44,502 bases of DNA from Chromatiaceae bacterium (GCA_041307365.1 JBFZDM010000058.1:1-44502), one strand, 5' to 3'. Counted from the first letter of the stretch, positions 17,190-27,330 are shown. Program-made: numbers and translations. Notes: generated by a model from the sequence alone, not told the origin.

Positions 17190-17748
17190 GGGCGGCGGCG
17201 GCAGCAAGCGGGCCGAAATCCTGCTCAATTTCAACACGGATTACGCACGGCGTCAACTGCGCGAGTTGGACGGAGACGTGTCGAAGCTGCAGAAGGCAGC
17301 GGGCGGCGGACCTGGGGGGAAAGGCGGAGCGGCGGAAAAAGAGAAGCCCGGATTTCTGTCTGGCGTTGGCCAGACCGCGCTAGGATTCGCCACGGGCACG
17401 GCCATGAGCTACGCGACACAGGGCATCACAGACGCCTTGCCTGGTGCCTTCGCCGGGGCCATGGATAAGGTGGTCGAGCTAATCAAGCGCGGGCTCGAAG
17501 CATTGGGCGTCGATGTGAATGCCGTCAACGCCTGGCAGCTGGCCAAGGAGATGGTGGGCGAGCAAGAGGGTAAGCGCCGGGCTGCTGGCCTTGAGCCTAT
17601 GACGGATCAGAGGATGTATGATATCATGTTTGCGATCAAGACAATCCTCGAACGCCAGGAAGCGGGCCAGAGAGCAGCACAGACAATCTACGAGCAGAGG
17701 TATGTTGTCCCTCCAACGCCAGCAAGCGAGCTAGGATTGGGCCGATGA
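17182..17748 (+). CDS. Hypothetical Gly/Ala-rich structural or internal protein
   Basis: 188 aa with a hydrophobic Gly-rich core, FLSGVGQTALGFATGTAMSYA. Confidence 0.5.
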   Translation: MAKGGGGSKRAEILLNFNTDYARRQLRELDGDVSKLQKAAGGGPGGKGGAAEKEKPGFLSGVGQTALGFATGTAMSYATQGITDALPGAFAGAMDKVVELIKRGLEALGVDVNAVNAWQLAKEMVGEQEGKRRAAGLEPMTDQRMYDIMFAIKTILERQEAGQRAAQTIYEQRYVVPPTPASELGLGR

Positions 17749-19220
17749 CCGATGTAACCCAGAAGGTCACGATTACCTATGCCGGCGTCACGATCGGTGC
17801 CAACAGCGCTAGCTACCGCGTGGCCGGGGAACTGCTGTACGATGCCAGCTACGAGGTTGGCCGGTTCGAGACGCAGGTGCTAGTCTACGGATCGACGCAC
17901 GCCAACCTGGCCAGCGCCGAGGCGGCCTTGCGCACGGCATTTCAGACGCCGCGCGGCGACTTGGTCGTGTCGATCAATTCGAGTACATTCCTGACCTGGA
18001 GCCAATCCAGCAACACCGGGATCAATGCCAGGCCGAGGTGCGAAGATCGCGGCGACGGGCAAAGCCCGCTGACTCGCGTCTACCGGATCGTCGTGGAATG
18101 CGATCTCCCGGCGTCCCTGTCCGGTGTCTCCGGCCGGCAGTCCGGGTCAGTGCGAGTACGGTACAGCGCGAGCCGCGTCCTAGAGGCCACGCTCTCGGCG
18201 GTCTACACGGCCTTGACGACCAACAGCGCAACAGCCCAGTATGCCGCGGCCATGAGCACATGGGCGGCGGCGGTGCAAAGTGCGCTCGGTATAACGGCCT
18301 GGGAGCTTGTGGATGAGGACTACTCGTTCGACGATGTCAACAAGAAGCTGACGGCCACGCACAGATACGCCGAGGTCTGGGCCAACCAATCCATCGGCAC
18401 CCTGAACAACACCTCGATCGTTGACCCGCTCCTGCAGATCCGGGTCACGATCACATCCCCGGACGATTATGACGGCGCCAAGGTCAACCGTCTGCAGGAG
18501 GTGACAGCAGACTTTTCCTGTGCCGTCAATCGGACCGTGACCACGAACATGTCCACGCTCTGGACAGGCACGGTACGCCCGCACATAATCTCCCAGGCCT
18601 TCGCCGCGTTCGGCAGCAGCTCGAAGGCGGCGCTGATCAGTCAGAGCCCGTTGAAAGAGGTCTACACTAACCGGCTATCGGCGAGCCTGACGTTCCTCGT
18701 GCTCGGCGGCGGAAACCTGCTCGAGCAGAGCTGGCAGCAGACCACAGAATGCCGGACGGGGAAGGTTGGTTGCCCGGTGTGGTCCAGGGATCCGCTCTCG
18801 AAGGTCGTGTTCCAAGGCCCTGCGAGCATTGTGCAGACCCAGAGATGGCGCCGGGTGTCACTCGTCGAGAGCGGCAGCTCGATGGGCGGATTCTCCGCGG
18901 GCGGCCTCAGTCAGTACATGCCGGGTGGCGGGTCTGGCGCGTTCAACAATTTCGCCGGGACGGTAGGTACCACAGCCGGGAAGGGCTTCGGGACCGGGTG
19001 GCGCGTGGTCAGGCGCCCAACTGTGATCGGCCAGCTCAACTATCGGTTGAGCAAGGTGGAGGTCGAAATCGAGTACACCTCGGAGCTCTACGTTCAGCCG
19101 TCGGCCGGGGGCTTCGTCGCGGGCACCGCCTCGCAGATCCCGGCGATCCCTGACCCGAGTCTGGCGCCGGGTGCGCAGCTCGCGGCGACGATGCCAGTCC
19201 CGATCCCGGGTGGCCCATGA
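17745..19220 (+). CDS. Tail / baseplate structural protein
   Basis: 491 aa, ATGA-coupled, in the late operon. Confidence 0.55.
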   Translation: MTDVTQKVTITYAGVTIGANSASYRVAGELLYDASYEVGRFETQVLVYGSTHANLASAEAALRTAFQTPRGDLVVSINSSTFLTWSQSSNTGINARPRCEDRGDGQSPLTRVYRIVVECDLPASLSGVSGRQSGSVRVRYSASRVLEATLSAVYTALTTNSATAQYAAAMSTWAAAVQSALGITAWELVDEDYSFDDVNKKLTATHRYAEVWANQSIGTLNNTSIVDPLLQIRVTITSPDDYDGAKVNRLQEVTADFSCAVNRTVTTNMSTLWTGTVRPHIISQAFAAFGSSSKAALISQSPLKEVYTNRLSASLTFLVLGGGNLLEQSWQQTTECRTGKVGCPVWSRDPLSKVVFQGPASIVQTQRWRRVSLVESGSSMGGFSAGGLSQYMPGGGSGAFNNFAGTVGTTAGKGFGTGWRVVRRPTVIGQLNYRLSKVEVEIEYTSELYVQPSAGGFVAGTASQIPAIPDPSLAPGAQLAATMPVPIPGGP

Positions 19221-21313
19221 GCGCGTCGCTGGCCGGGCAACCGCTCCTGGCCGATCAGGCCATCAGCTGGGCGATCAAGGAAGGTATCGCCCCGCAGACG
19301 GCGACATTCCGGCTCGCATTCGATGACGCCGCGCGGGCGTGGAAGGCCGGCCGCGGGCTGACGCCGGTGTCTCTCGTGGTCGGCGGTGCCAAGTATGACA
19401 ACCTTCTGATCATTCGTCGCGAACCGACAGAGGATCCGCGGATCGGGGCGCTTCTCGTTGCCGACCTGCGGTTCCTCTGGCCTTGGGTGCGGTTCGGGCC
19501 GAAAGCGTACAACAAGACCCGGAAGTCAGGAGACAGGCGGTATTTCGGCTCAACCGACGAGATCGGGAACCGCGACACAACGTCAGTGGCTGATGACATA
19601 GACTACATTGCCCACACCACGAAGTATGGATTGGGGCCTGCAGGCGGCGGGGTCGTGCCCTGGGACGCGCGGAGCGTCCTGATTGACGTGTTGACCGCCG
19701 TCAAGGATGACCTGGCCTATCGGATTGCCTACAACCTCAGCGCGCCCGGTACGGGCGGCGTGGGCTCGATGCCGATTCGTGACCTGATCATTGCGGGCAA
19801 CGGTGCTCAAGCGATCCAGCAGGCTCTATCCCACATGCCGACCGTGGCCGTAATTGTGACCGCGGACGGGAACGTCCGGGTCAAGCCGCGGCTCGACGGG
19901 CGCGAGGTCGAGGCGATCGACAGCGGCCCGGCGATGGTTGTCGGCCCGGAGCTCCCAACCTGGATCGACCGGCGCAACATGCGCCCGCAGGCCATCGACG
20001 TGCTGTTCACGCCAGAGGTAGAGCTGCGCTTCGACTTCGACGAAGCGGGCTCGATCGGGGCCAGCTCCAGCTACCGCCGCCTCGAGAACGTGTGCCAGGT
20101 GCGGCGGCCGTACATGACGATCGGGGGCGTTGAGCGGACGGCGGGGACCTGGGTGCTACTGACTGACTTCGTGACGGCGTTGGCCGCGTTGCCGCTGCCT
20201 GGCACGGCGCGCGCTCCAATCTCGATGGACGTGATCAAGGAGCGGTTCTGCGGCGGGATGCTGGAGCTCGAATATAGTGGCTCGGTAGGATCTGCTGTTG
20301 CCGCCGACCCGCTATGGATGGCCGACATCCGGGAGATCCAGAACAGCTTCCGGCAGAAATTCAGGATCGACAAGCGGTGGGTGGACCGGTTCTCTAAGTG
20401 GTCGGCAACCCGCGTGGCCACGCTCGACGAAGAGAGCGGTCGGCAGGGCAAGGCATTCTGGGCAGCGGACTACGCAGTCCGCTGGCCGCAAGACAGGCTG
20501 GCGCGGGGCTCGGGGCAGAATGACACCACGCATACCAACATCGCCGGGTACTCGGCCGACACCTCCGAGTGCTACGATTCCGCGGCCGAGCTCCAGATCC
20601 TAGATCAGGATGTGGGGATTTTCGGGGTCAAGTATATTGGCTCGACGTGGGGCCTCGCGGCGAAGGTCTACCCGTCGTCGCTGGCCAACCAGGTCGGGCG
20701 GTGCATGTCCTCCTACAACCTGGCCGACAACCCGATCGTCGAGTCATCCTTGCACCTGTCGAGCAACCAATGGGGTTGCACGATCTTCCGCGCGATCCCG
20801 TCCGAAGTCGGGAAGGACAGCCTCTACCGTGTGCGAGTGACGCCAGCTCAGGCGGCGGCCAAGCTCCCGGGCGTGGCGAGTTCGCGCATGGGCGCCTGCA
20901 ACGGCCCGCTACTGGAGGTCTATGTCCAGCCAACGACCATGACCGCGCGATTCGGGTGGCTCGACGCCGGCAAGACGATGTCTGAATCTATCTTCGGCTG
21001 GCACGGCCCGGTGAGCTGGCCGGAAGACCACCTTGTGAACGGGGCGCAACTGCGAGACCTGGCCGTCTCGACCGCCGCGACCGAGTATGCACGGCTGATC
21101 GACGGGGTCGTGGGCGCCGCGGTGCATGCCGGGGTATCGGCCTATCGCGAGCCGCTGGGCCTCGCGAACGAGACACGGATCGTCCTTCAACCTGACGGGA
21201 TTGTGACCACAACCCACAAGCACACGCCGGAAGGGCCGGGCATTGACTTTACCTATTTCCTGAACGAGGGCACCAGGCGGTTCCTGCGCCTACAGTTGGG
21301 GCCAGATCAATGA
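19217..21313 (+). CDS. Tail / baseplate structural protein
   Basis: 698 aa, ATGA-coupled at both ends. Confidence 0.55.
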   Translation: MSASLAGQPLLADQAISWAIKEGIAPQTATFRLAFDDAARAWKAGRGLTPVSLVVGGAKYDNLLIIRREPTEDPRIGALLVADLRFLWPWVRFGPKAYNKTRKSGDRRYFGSTDEIGNRDTTSVADDIDYIAHTTKYGLGPAGGGVVPWDARSVLIDVLTAVKDDLAYRIAYNLSAPGTGGVGSMPIRDLIIAGNGAQAIQQALSHMPTVAVIVTADGNVRVKPRLDGREVEAIDSGPAMVVGPELPTWIDRRNMRPQAIDVLFTPEVELRFDFDEAGSIGASSSYRRLENVCQVRRPYMTIGGVERTAGTWVLLTDFVTALAALPLPGTARAPISMDVIKERFCGGMLELEYSGSVGSAVAADPLWMADIREIQNSFRQKFRIDKRWVDRFSKWSATRVATLDEESGRQGKAFWAADYAVRWPQDRLARGSGQNDTTHTNIAGYSADTSECYDSAAELQILDQDVGIFGVKYIGSTWGLAAKVYPSSLANQVGRCMSSYNLADNPIVESSLHLSSNQWGCTIFRAIPSEVGKDSLYRVRVTPAQAAAKLPGVASSRMGACNGPLLEVYVQPTTMTARFGWLDAGKTMSESIFGWHGPVSWPEDHLVNGAQLRDLAVSTAATEYARLIDGVVGAAVHAGVSAYREPLGLANETRIVLQPDGIVTTTHKHTPEGPGIDFTYFLNEGTRRFLRLQLGPDQ

Positions 21314-24300
21314 CGTTCATTTCGGACCCGCAGAACCGTGGCATCGATCCCATGCAGTTCTTCGACCCGCGGACGCGGGTCAATATGGTGCCGGTCCCGC
21401 GCTGCGTGCGGGTTCTACTGCGGCATGACAACGGGGAATATGAAATCGAGCCGGAGAGCTACGGCCCGTATGCCTGCTGGGTCATGTGGCCGGCGGCGTC
21501 ATCTACTGGATTCCCACTCTGGAGCCCGATCTTCCCCGCGGCGGTCGAAACCCCGCGCAACTACGACCAGATCAAGCGGGCGTCCAGGCCGACGCAATTC
21601 GCCGTAGATGCGATTTCGGCTGGGGATTTCAGCACAGCAGCCCACCTGCGGGCTGTTCTACCAGCCGTGCCGGACTGGGCAGGAACATTCCCCGCCATGT
21701 GGCCCGGCGTCATTACTGCCGGCACGGATCAATCATCTGCCCAGCACGAGATCTGGATGCCTGCCGGATACGGCCTGGTGAGCGTGGGCCAGGACGGCAC
21801 CAACCCTGACTGCTCCACCCGGGTATTCGCCACCCGCCTCGAAGACCTGGACCCGGAGACCTGGGCCAGGATCTCGACGGCGTGGCGCGTGTGCCGTACC
21901 GGCTGGCCGCTGCGGCACCCAATCGCGCACCTCGCCTTACCCGTCTCGCTCGCGGGTGGCGTCAGTGGCGTTCTGTCAGATCCCACGAAGCGGCCGCCGC
22001 AACAGAATTTCGATCGGTACGGCCTAGCGTGGGAGCTCGGCCAGCCCAATGGTGGGCTGCTCGGGTTCGGGCTGTGCGTCCATGACGATCCAAACCCGGG
22101 AGGAACGATCGTCCGCGGCCAGGTGCCGCGGGTCTGGGGCACAGCTTCGGCCATGGCTGGTGGCCCGCTGGTGATCCCGCCAACGTGCTGCGTCCATGAG
22201 CTCGGGGCGACCGACGACGGCGAGCCGATCCGGGCGGTGCATCTGTCGTGTGATTCGATGTTCTGGTCCACTCAGGCCCACTGGGACCATCCATTGTACT
22301 TCGAGGACAAGTACATTGACCGGGTGAACGCTGAATCCGGCTCGCCTTGGATCGTCCGCCTGCAGCGCGGCGCACCAGACGGCAGCAGATCTCAGGCCGG
22401 TAAATTCGCCGGGCCTGGAACAGGTGTCACCGGACGATCGGGGAATGTCGGCCGCTGGGTCGTTCACCTCCCGATCGACGATGACGAGCTCGGGACGCCG
22501 AGCACACCGGGCGGGAAGATCATTCCCGCGCCAGGGGGCGGAACTCCTCTTCCAGGGTTCACCGTCCCCGGCACGCCGCCGACCACGTCGGGGACACGCC
22601 CACGGCCACCTGGTACGCCCAAGCTCCCGACGGACGCATGCGATCCCGATCTAGCGGTAGCGCGGGCCAATGGCACCCTGCAGCAGTCTAGCACCTCGGT
22701 TTCAACGGACCCGCTTGAAACCTATGTCGAGCCGGGGAAGGAGCCGGCCACGATTACGGGCGACCGGCGCCCGCGCCCGCTGCTCAGCACGCCCCGGGAG
22801 CTCGCAGTTCCTGCGCTCGTGCTCAGGGCGCAACCGGTGGTCGGCGTCGGTGCTGCCGGCGACCTGCGCAACCGGCAGGGATACTCGCAAGCCGATGTCG
22901 AGCGATACCGCCGCAACCCGATCCAGGCCCGGATCGAGGTGATCGGGAAGGAAGGCGGCGGCGGTCAATACACACGCACATCTGACGATACATACCAGAG
23001 GTACGCCGGGCGGCCGGGGCATTCTGACGGTGTTGTAGCGATCCTGCCCGGCAACGTGGGCGCCGAAGATCACGCGACAAACTACGCGCCGGCGGATCGG
23101 ACGATCCCGGACGCCTCACTGGCCGTTCTCCCGGGGCACCGCGGGTATCAGATCGGGTATCCTGACCCGGCCAAGGGCCTCGTGCGCGATGGTTGGCGCA
23201 ACGACGCCGACACGAGCCAGGTCATGCGCTGGCGTTCGCTAGATTCTGCCGGCGCCGCGACCGAGAAGATGCGCCTCTCGACGACGGCCCTGCGCCTCGC
23301 CTCGATCCCATTCGAAGCGGCAGAGGTCGCCACCCCGGCGACGCCCGACAGCGGCCATTCTCGTACCTACCCGAAGGCGGACGGCGCATGGTACGAGCTG
23401 GATGACGCCGGGTATGAGGTGCGTTCGGACAAGCGCGGCGTGGGCGCGCGCGTCGATAACCAGGCCGACTGGACCCTGAGTTATGATGAGACCACGCGTA
23501 AACTGACAGTCACCGCAACGGCCGCTGTGGCCTGGTACGACGGGCGCCGGGTGGCGCATACCTTCGCGGCGGTGGAATCTACCGCCCACGCGGCCACGAC
23601 CGGGACGTACGTGTTTTATCTGCAGGCAGACGGCACTCTGGCCAACACCACTCGCGCGCTGTTCGATTGCCTTGGCAGCACAACCGCCCCGCTCGCGACG
23701 GCCTATTACAACGCTACCACGGCGAAGGGGTTCGCGTTCAATTGCCTGCACGAAGCGACCATGGACAGCCATGTCATGCTCGCCCTGCTGACCCGCGGGT
23801 CCGCCTACGTTTCGGGCGGCGTGATCTCGGGGGTCACGGTAGACACCGGTGGCTCGGCCGCGCAGCAGCTGGCGCTGACGGCGACCACGTTCGAGGGTGC
23901 TGGGTTGACGCACGCCAACAACGCCCTGGTGGCGGGAACCTACATGGTCGCCTACCGCTCGGGCGCGGACGTGAACGGGGAATGGTCGTGGGCTGCGACC
24001 GAGACCGAGCCGGCCTCGGATGACGGCACCAACGTCTATTACAATCAGCTCTCAGGCGGCAACTGGAGCCGCACGGCGGTAACAGCTAACAACCGCTGGG
24101 TCAACTATTTCGTCGTGGCCATGCCCTCGCTGGCCGGCCCGCAGTACGCCTGCATCATGGGGCAGACGCTGCATAGTAGCTACGAGGCGGCCAGAGACGA
24201 GACGATCCAGACGATCGATTGGGGCGACTTCCAGTTCGCTGACCTGTTTTGCCCCATGTATCAACTGATCTACCGCCGCGCCGTGGCCGCGGGCGCCCCG

Positions 24301-26082
24301 AGCAACGCCTACATCGATGACTATCTGGCGATTTACGGCGGGACGATCGCGCTCGGCACGACTGCCGCGTCGAGCCCGGTGGCCGTGACTACCTTCCAGG
24401 ATGACCAGTTCCGGGTCTATGGCAGCGTTGACGCCACGAAGCAACTCGCCCTCGAAGTGGACGGCCTGACCACGGCGACCACGCGCACGATCACGATGCC
24501 GGACTCGAATGTCGACCTGACGGCCAACACCGGCACGTTCGCGGCGGCCAGTCATGCGACGCGGCACACCAACGGCAGCGACGACATCCAGAGCGCGACC
24601 GCAGCCCAGAAGGGGCTGATGAGCCTGGCCTATGCGGCCAAGCTCGATGGAATCGAGGCCGGGGCGGACGTGACGGACGAAACCAACGTTACCGCGGCGC
24701 ACCCGATCTCGGACGCGACGGCGCTGGTCAAGGATCCGGTCGCGCCCACGAAGCTGGGCCGGATCGACGTGGGCGCGGTGACGGCCGGGGCGACGCGGGT
24801 CATCACCATGGGCGACCGCGATGTGAATCTGGCCAGCGGCGGCACCTTCTCGGAGCTGGTACACGCCTCGCGGCACCAGAATGGCGGCGCTGATGAGGTC
24901 GCGACCGCTGCCGCTGCCGCCAACGCGATTCCCAAGGCCGGGGCAGGCGGCACCCTCGCGGCGGGGTGGTTGCCTGCGGCGACAGCAGCCGCGGCCGGGG
25001 CGGTGGAGCTGGCCACTCAGGCCGAGGTAGACGCAGGCGCGGACGCGGGGCGCGTGCTGACGCCGGAGACGTTCGCCGCGTCGAGCCTGCTCGGCGGCAC
25101 CAACAATGGCCCGTGGGGCTCGGCGATCGACGGGGACAGGACGATCAATGCCGACCCCTCGACCGTGCTCGCGGCGGACACGGTGTACGAATATGACGAC
25201 CTGACCCTGAATGCCGCGTGGACGATCGACTGCGCCGGCTACGCGCTTGTCATCCGGGTCGCGGGGACACTGACGATCGCTGCGTCCCAGGTGTTGCAGG
25301 TCTACCGCGACGGCTCGGGCGGCACGGCCGGGGCTGCAGGTGCGGCGCCAGGGGCGGGCGGGGCCGGGGGGAACGGATCACTCGTCACGTCCTGGACCTG
25401 TTGTGCGGCAGGCGGCGGCGGCGGCGGCGGATCCTGCGACGGGAACCAGGGCGGCGCCGGGGGCAACGGCGCCAATCGTTCGAGCCTATGGCTTGGGGCC
25501 GCTGCAGGCGGCGGCGGCGGCGGTACCGGTGGCCCGCTGGACAATGGCGACGGCGCGGACGCCAGCGCCGGAGCCACGCTCACAGCCCCGTACACGCGAT
25601 ACAAGATGGTTGCCGAGGCAGCCCAAATGATTTGGCTTGGCTACGGGGCAGGTGGCGGAGGCGGCGGGGGCGGCGCTGGATCTGAATGGGGCGGCGGGGC
25701 GGGCGGGGCAGGTGGCGACGGCGGCGGGCAGCTCCTGCTCGCGGCGCGCGCAATCAGCTTCGGGGCCGGGTCATCGATCACGGTAGCAGGAGCGGACGGG
25801 GAGGATGGGGAGGACGGCGCCGGGATTGACTCCGCGGGCGGCGGCGGGGGTGGTGGAGGCGGCGGCGGATACCTCGGGGTGGTCACGAGCTCGCTGAACG
25901 GCACCCCGGACACGACGACCGGGAACCTCGTGACGATCACGCTCGGGGTTGGGACGGCTACCCTGACATCTGCCGGAGGAGCGAAGGGGATCGGCGGCCG
26001 AGGGATGGGCGGCGGTGGCGACGGCGGCGATGGTCTCGGTGGAGAAGCGGGAGCAACTACCCTCGTAATGTACGGCGACTAG
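21310..26082 (+). CDS. Large tail fibre / central spike protein with a Gly-rich C-terminal region
   Basis: 1590 aa. Carries fibre-type motifs ATRHTNGSDDI, ASRHQNGGADEV and GAVELATQAEVDAGADAGRVLTPETF. The C-terminal 250 aa are dominated by poly-Gly runs. Confidence 0.7.
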   Translation: MTFISDPQNRGIDPMQFFDPRTRVNMVPVPRCVRVLLRHDNGEYEIEPESYGPYACWVMWPAASSTGFPLWSPIFPAAVETPRNYDQIKRASRPTQFAVDAISAGDFSTAAHLRAVLPAVPDWAGTFPAMWPGVITAGTDQSSAQHEIWMPAGYGLVSVGQDGTNPDCSTRVFATRLEDLDPETWARISTAWRVCRTGWPLRHPIAHLALPVSLAGGVSGVLSDPTKRPPQQNFDRYGLAWELGQPNGGLLGFGLCVHDDPNPGGTIVRGQVPRVWGTASAMAGGPLVIPPTCCVHELGATDDGEPIRAVHLSCDSMFWSTQAHWDHPLYFEDKYIDRVNAESGSPWIVRLQRGAPDGSRSQAGKFAGPGTGVTGRSGNVGRWVVHLPIDDDELGTPSTPGGKIIPAPGGGTPLPGFTVPGTPPTTSGTRPRPPGTPKLPTDACDPDLAVARANGTLQQSSTSVSTDPLETYVEPGKEPATITGDRRPRPLLSTPRELAVPALVLRAQPVVGVGAAGDLRNRQGYSQADVERYRRNPIQARIEVIGKEGGGGQYTRTSDDTYQRYAGRPGHSDGVVAILPGNVGAEDHATNYAPADRTIPDASLAVLPGHRGYQIGYPDPAKGLVRDGWRNDADTSQVMRWRSLDSAGAATEKMRLSTTALRLASIPFEAAEVATPATPDSGHSRTYPKADGAWYELDDAGYEVRSDKRGVGARVDNQADWTLSYDETTRKLTVTATAAVAWYDGRRVAHTFAAVESTAHAATTGTYVFYLQADGTLANTTRALFDCLGSTTAPLATAYYNATTAKGFAFNCLHEATMDSHVMLALLTRGSAYVSGGVISGVTVDTGGSAAQQLALTATTFEGAGLTHANNALVAGTYMVAYRSGADVNGEWSWAATETEPASDDGTNVYYNQLSGGNWSRTAVTANNRWVNYFVVAMPSLAGPQYACIMGQTLHSSYEAARDETIQTIDWGDFQFADLFCPMYQLIYRRAVAAGAPSNAYIDDYLAIYGGTIALGTTAASSPVAVTTFQDDQFRVYGSVDATKQLALEVDGLTTATTRTITMPDSNVDLTANTGTFAAASHATRHTNGSDDIQSATAAQKGLMSLAYAAKLDGIEAGADVTDETNVTAAHPISDATALVKDPVAPTKLGRIDVGAVTAGATRVITMGDRDVNLASGGTFSELVHASRHQNGGADEVATAAAAANAIPKAGAGGTLAAGWLPAATAAAAGAVELATQAEVDAGADAGRVLTPETFAASSLLGGTNNGPWGSAIDGDRTINADPSTVLAADTVYEYDDLTLNAAWTIDCAGYALVIRVAGTLTIAASQVLQVYRDGSGGTAGAAGAAPGAGGAGGNGSLVTSWTCCAAGGGGGGGSCDGNQGGAGGNGANRSSLWLGAAAGGGGGGTGGPLDNGDGADASAGATLTAPYTRYKMVAEAAQMIWLGYGAGGGGGGGGAGSEWGGGAGGAGGDGGGQLLLAARAISFGAGSSITVAGADGEDGEDGAGIDSAGGGGGGGGGGGYLGVVTSSLNGTPDTTTGNLVTITLGVGTATLTSAGGAKGIGGRGMGGGGDGGDGLGGEAGATTLVMYGD

Positions 26083-26115
26083 CCTACCAGGCCGATACTC
26101 AGCCCGAAGCGATTA

Positions 26116-26140
26116 GAGCCCCATTACGGGGCTCTTTTTT
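26116..26140 (+). terminator. Intrinsic terminator closing the late operon
   Basis: GAGCCCC-attac-GGGGCTC followed by T6, preceded by an A-poor tract. Lies between convergent gene ends. Confidence 0.75.
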
Positions 26141-26179
26141 CGATGGTGTGATTGGTAGGGCGAGGCGATCATCCTCGCG

Positions 26180-26434
26180 CTATGGGGCTGCGGCGGGGTC
26201 GGGCTCGAGAATGGGGCGCCTGGCGACCGGGAACCACCAATCTTGCACCATCTGCTCGATGAGCTCCCGGCGATCCAACCGGAGCCCGTCCGCGACCGTC
26301 AGCACCTCGACGATCGTCGGGCACCTGACGTGGTCGCGCCAGGCGACTAGCCGGTGCATCCAGGTAGATTCCGCCTCGCCCGTGTGCCGGGCGAGGGCGC
26401 GCGCGGACGCGCGCAAGCCGAGGGGGAGGTTCAT
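26180..26434 (-). CDS. Hypothetical protein (last gene of the leftward operon)
   Basis: 84-aa ORF with an ATGA overlap to the upstream gene. Confidence 0.5.
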   Translation of the reverse strand: MNLPLGLRASARALARHTGEAESTWMHRLVAWRDHVRCPTIVEVLTVADGLRLDRRELIEQMVQDWWFPVARRPILEPDPAAAP

Positions 26435-26583
26435 GCGCGCCTCATGGCCGCGACGACCTCGGCCTCGCTGCGAGTCTCGAACAACTCCGACCCTGCGGGC
26501 GGGGTCTCATTCAGGCCGAGTTCAAAAACCCAGATCTCCCTGGGCTCGCCCCGCAACCTCAATGCCTCATGCACTACCCACAT
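26431..26583 (-). CDS. Hypothetical micro-protein
   Basis: 50 aa, taken from the internal ATG of the 127-aa ORF. The upstream part of that ORF looks non-coding. Confidence 0.4.
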   Translation of the reverse strand: MWVVHEALRLRGEPREIWVFELGLNETPPAGSELFETRSEAEVVAAMRRA

Positions 26584-26641
26584 GTCTATCCCCCCGCCGC
26601 GAACCGCGCGGCACGGGCGGGCGTGAGCCCCGCGGGTGGTG

Positions 26642-26809
26642 TCATTCGCCGGTGTGCCCGACCGTGAACGGCCAGGAGCTGCAGGTAGGATGCTCTTCGT
26701 CGCCGACCCATACGAGCCGGGCTCCACACTTCCGGCAGGCGCCGGGCGCGGCCCAAACGCCACACCCGCACTGTTCCGCCGCCCGCGCTGTCCTGTGTCT
26801 AATGCACAT
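26642..26809 (-). CDS. Cys-rich micro-protein (zinc-ribbon-like)
   Basis: 55 aa, below the ORF-track cutoff and translated by hand: MCIRHRTARAAEQCGCGVWAAPGACRKCGARLVWV... GGAGGGG RBS. Confidence 0.45.
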   Translation of the reverse strand: MCIRHRTARAAEQCGCGVWAAPGACRKCGARLVWVGDEEHPTCSSWPFTVGHTGE

Positions 26810-26827
26810 CGCATCCCCTCCGGTTAT

Positions 26828-26845
26828 GGCGCCCCTCGGGGCGCC
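26828..26845 (-). repeat. Intercistronic hairpin GGCGCCCC-nn-GGGGCGCC (copy 1)
   Basis: A perfect 8-bp stem lies between a stop codon and the CCGGAGG RBS of the next gene. The paralogous copy is at 27039-27056. Confidence 0.6.
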
Positions 26846-26851
26846 TGGCCT

Positions 26852-27025
26852 CTAGTCGCTCAATCCCTCGACCACCGCTCGCCTGTCCTGCCACTCCTTG
26901 ACCCTGAGCTCCAAGAAGTAGCAAGCACCCTCATCCTTCTCGTCTTGCGCCACCCGGAGGGCGGCGCACAGGTCTCTGATCGTCTCGGTCATGGTCGCGG
27001 CTATCTGCTGGTTCGTCATGGTCAT
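26852..27025 (-). CDS. Hypothetical micro-protein starting MTM
   Basis: 57 aa, translated by hand. Start context GGAGGGATGACCATG is shared with the gene at 27063-27212. Confidence 0.5.
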   Translation of the reverse strand: MTMTNQQIAATMTETIRDLCAALRVAQDEKDEGACYFLELRVKEWQDRRAVVEGLSD

Positions 27026-27038
27026 CCCTCCGGTGTTG

Positions 27039-27056
27039 GGCGCCCCGAGGGGCGCC
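27039..27056 (-). repeat. Intercistronic hairpin GGCGCCCC-nn-GGGGCGCC (copy 2)
   Basis: Same stem sequence and same stop-hairpin-RBS placement as copy 1. Confidence 0.6.
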
Positions 27057-27062
27057 GGGTTT

Positions 27063-27212
27063 CTATTCCTGCCACACCCACCCGGTGCGGCTCTGCCACT
27101 CGATCACCAGCCGGGCCCGCTCCATGCGGGCCGCCGTGCTCCTGGGTGCGGGGGCGGCGTCCAGCTCAGCCACCCGCTCCTCGATCTGCTCGCTCCGCGT
27201 CCTCATGGTCAT
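27063..27212 (-). CDS. Hypothetical micro-protein starting MTM
   Basis: 49 aa, translated by hand, with the GGAGGGATGACCATG start context. Confidence 0.5.
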   Translation of the reverse strand: MTMRTRSEQIEERVAELDAAPAPRSTAARMERARLVIEWQSRTGWVWQE

Positions 27213-27330
27213 CCCTCCTGTTTTTCTCGTCCCTCACGCCCTACCATACAGCAACAGGCGTGCCATATTCCGGCACACCACAGACTCGGCCTGTATGGCC
27301 GATCCACGTTTTTTGTGCTCGGGTAGCCGC

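Noticed and set aside
17084-17383. A possible -1 frameshift extension of the 88-aa ORF (G/GT-like tail chaperone arrangement)
   Set aside because: There is no X_XXY_YYZ slippery heptamer in the 17084-17189 overlap. The -1 frame product is Arg-rich junk that lies off-frame over the well-supported 17182-17748 gene.
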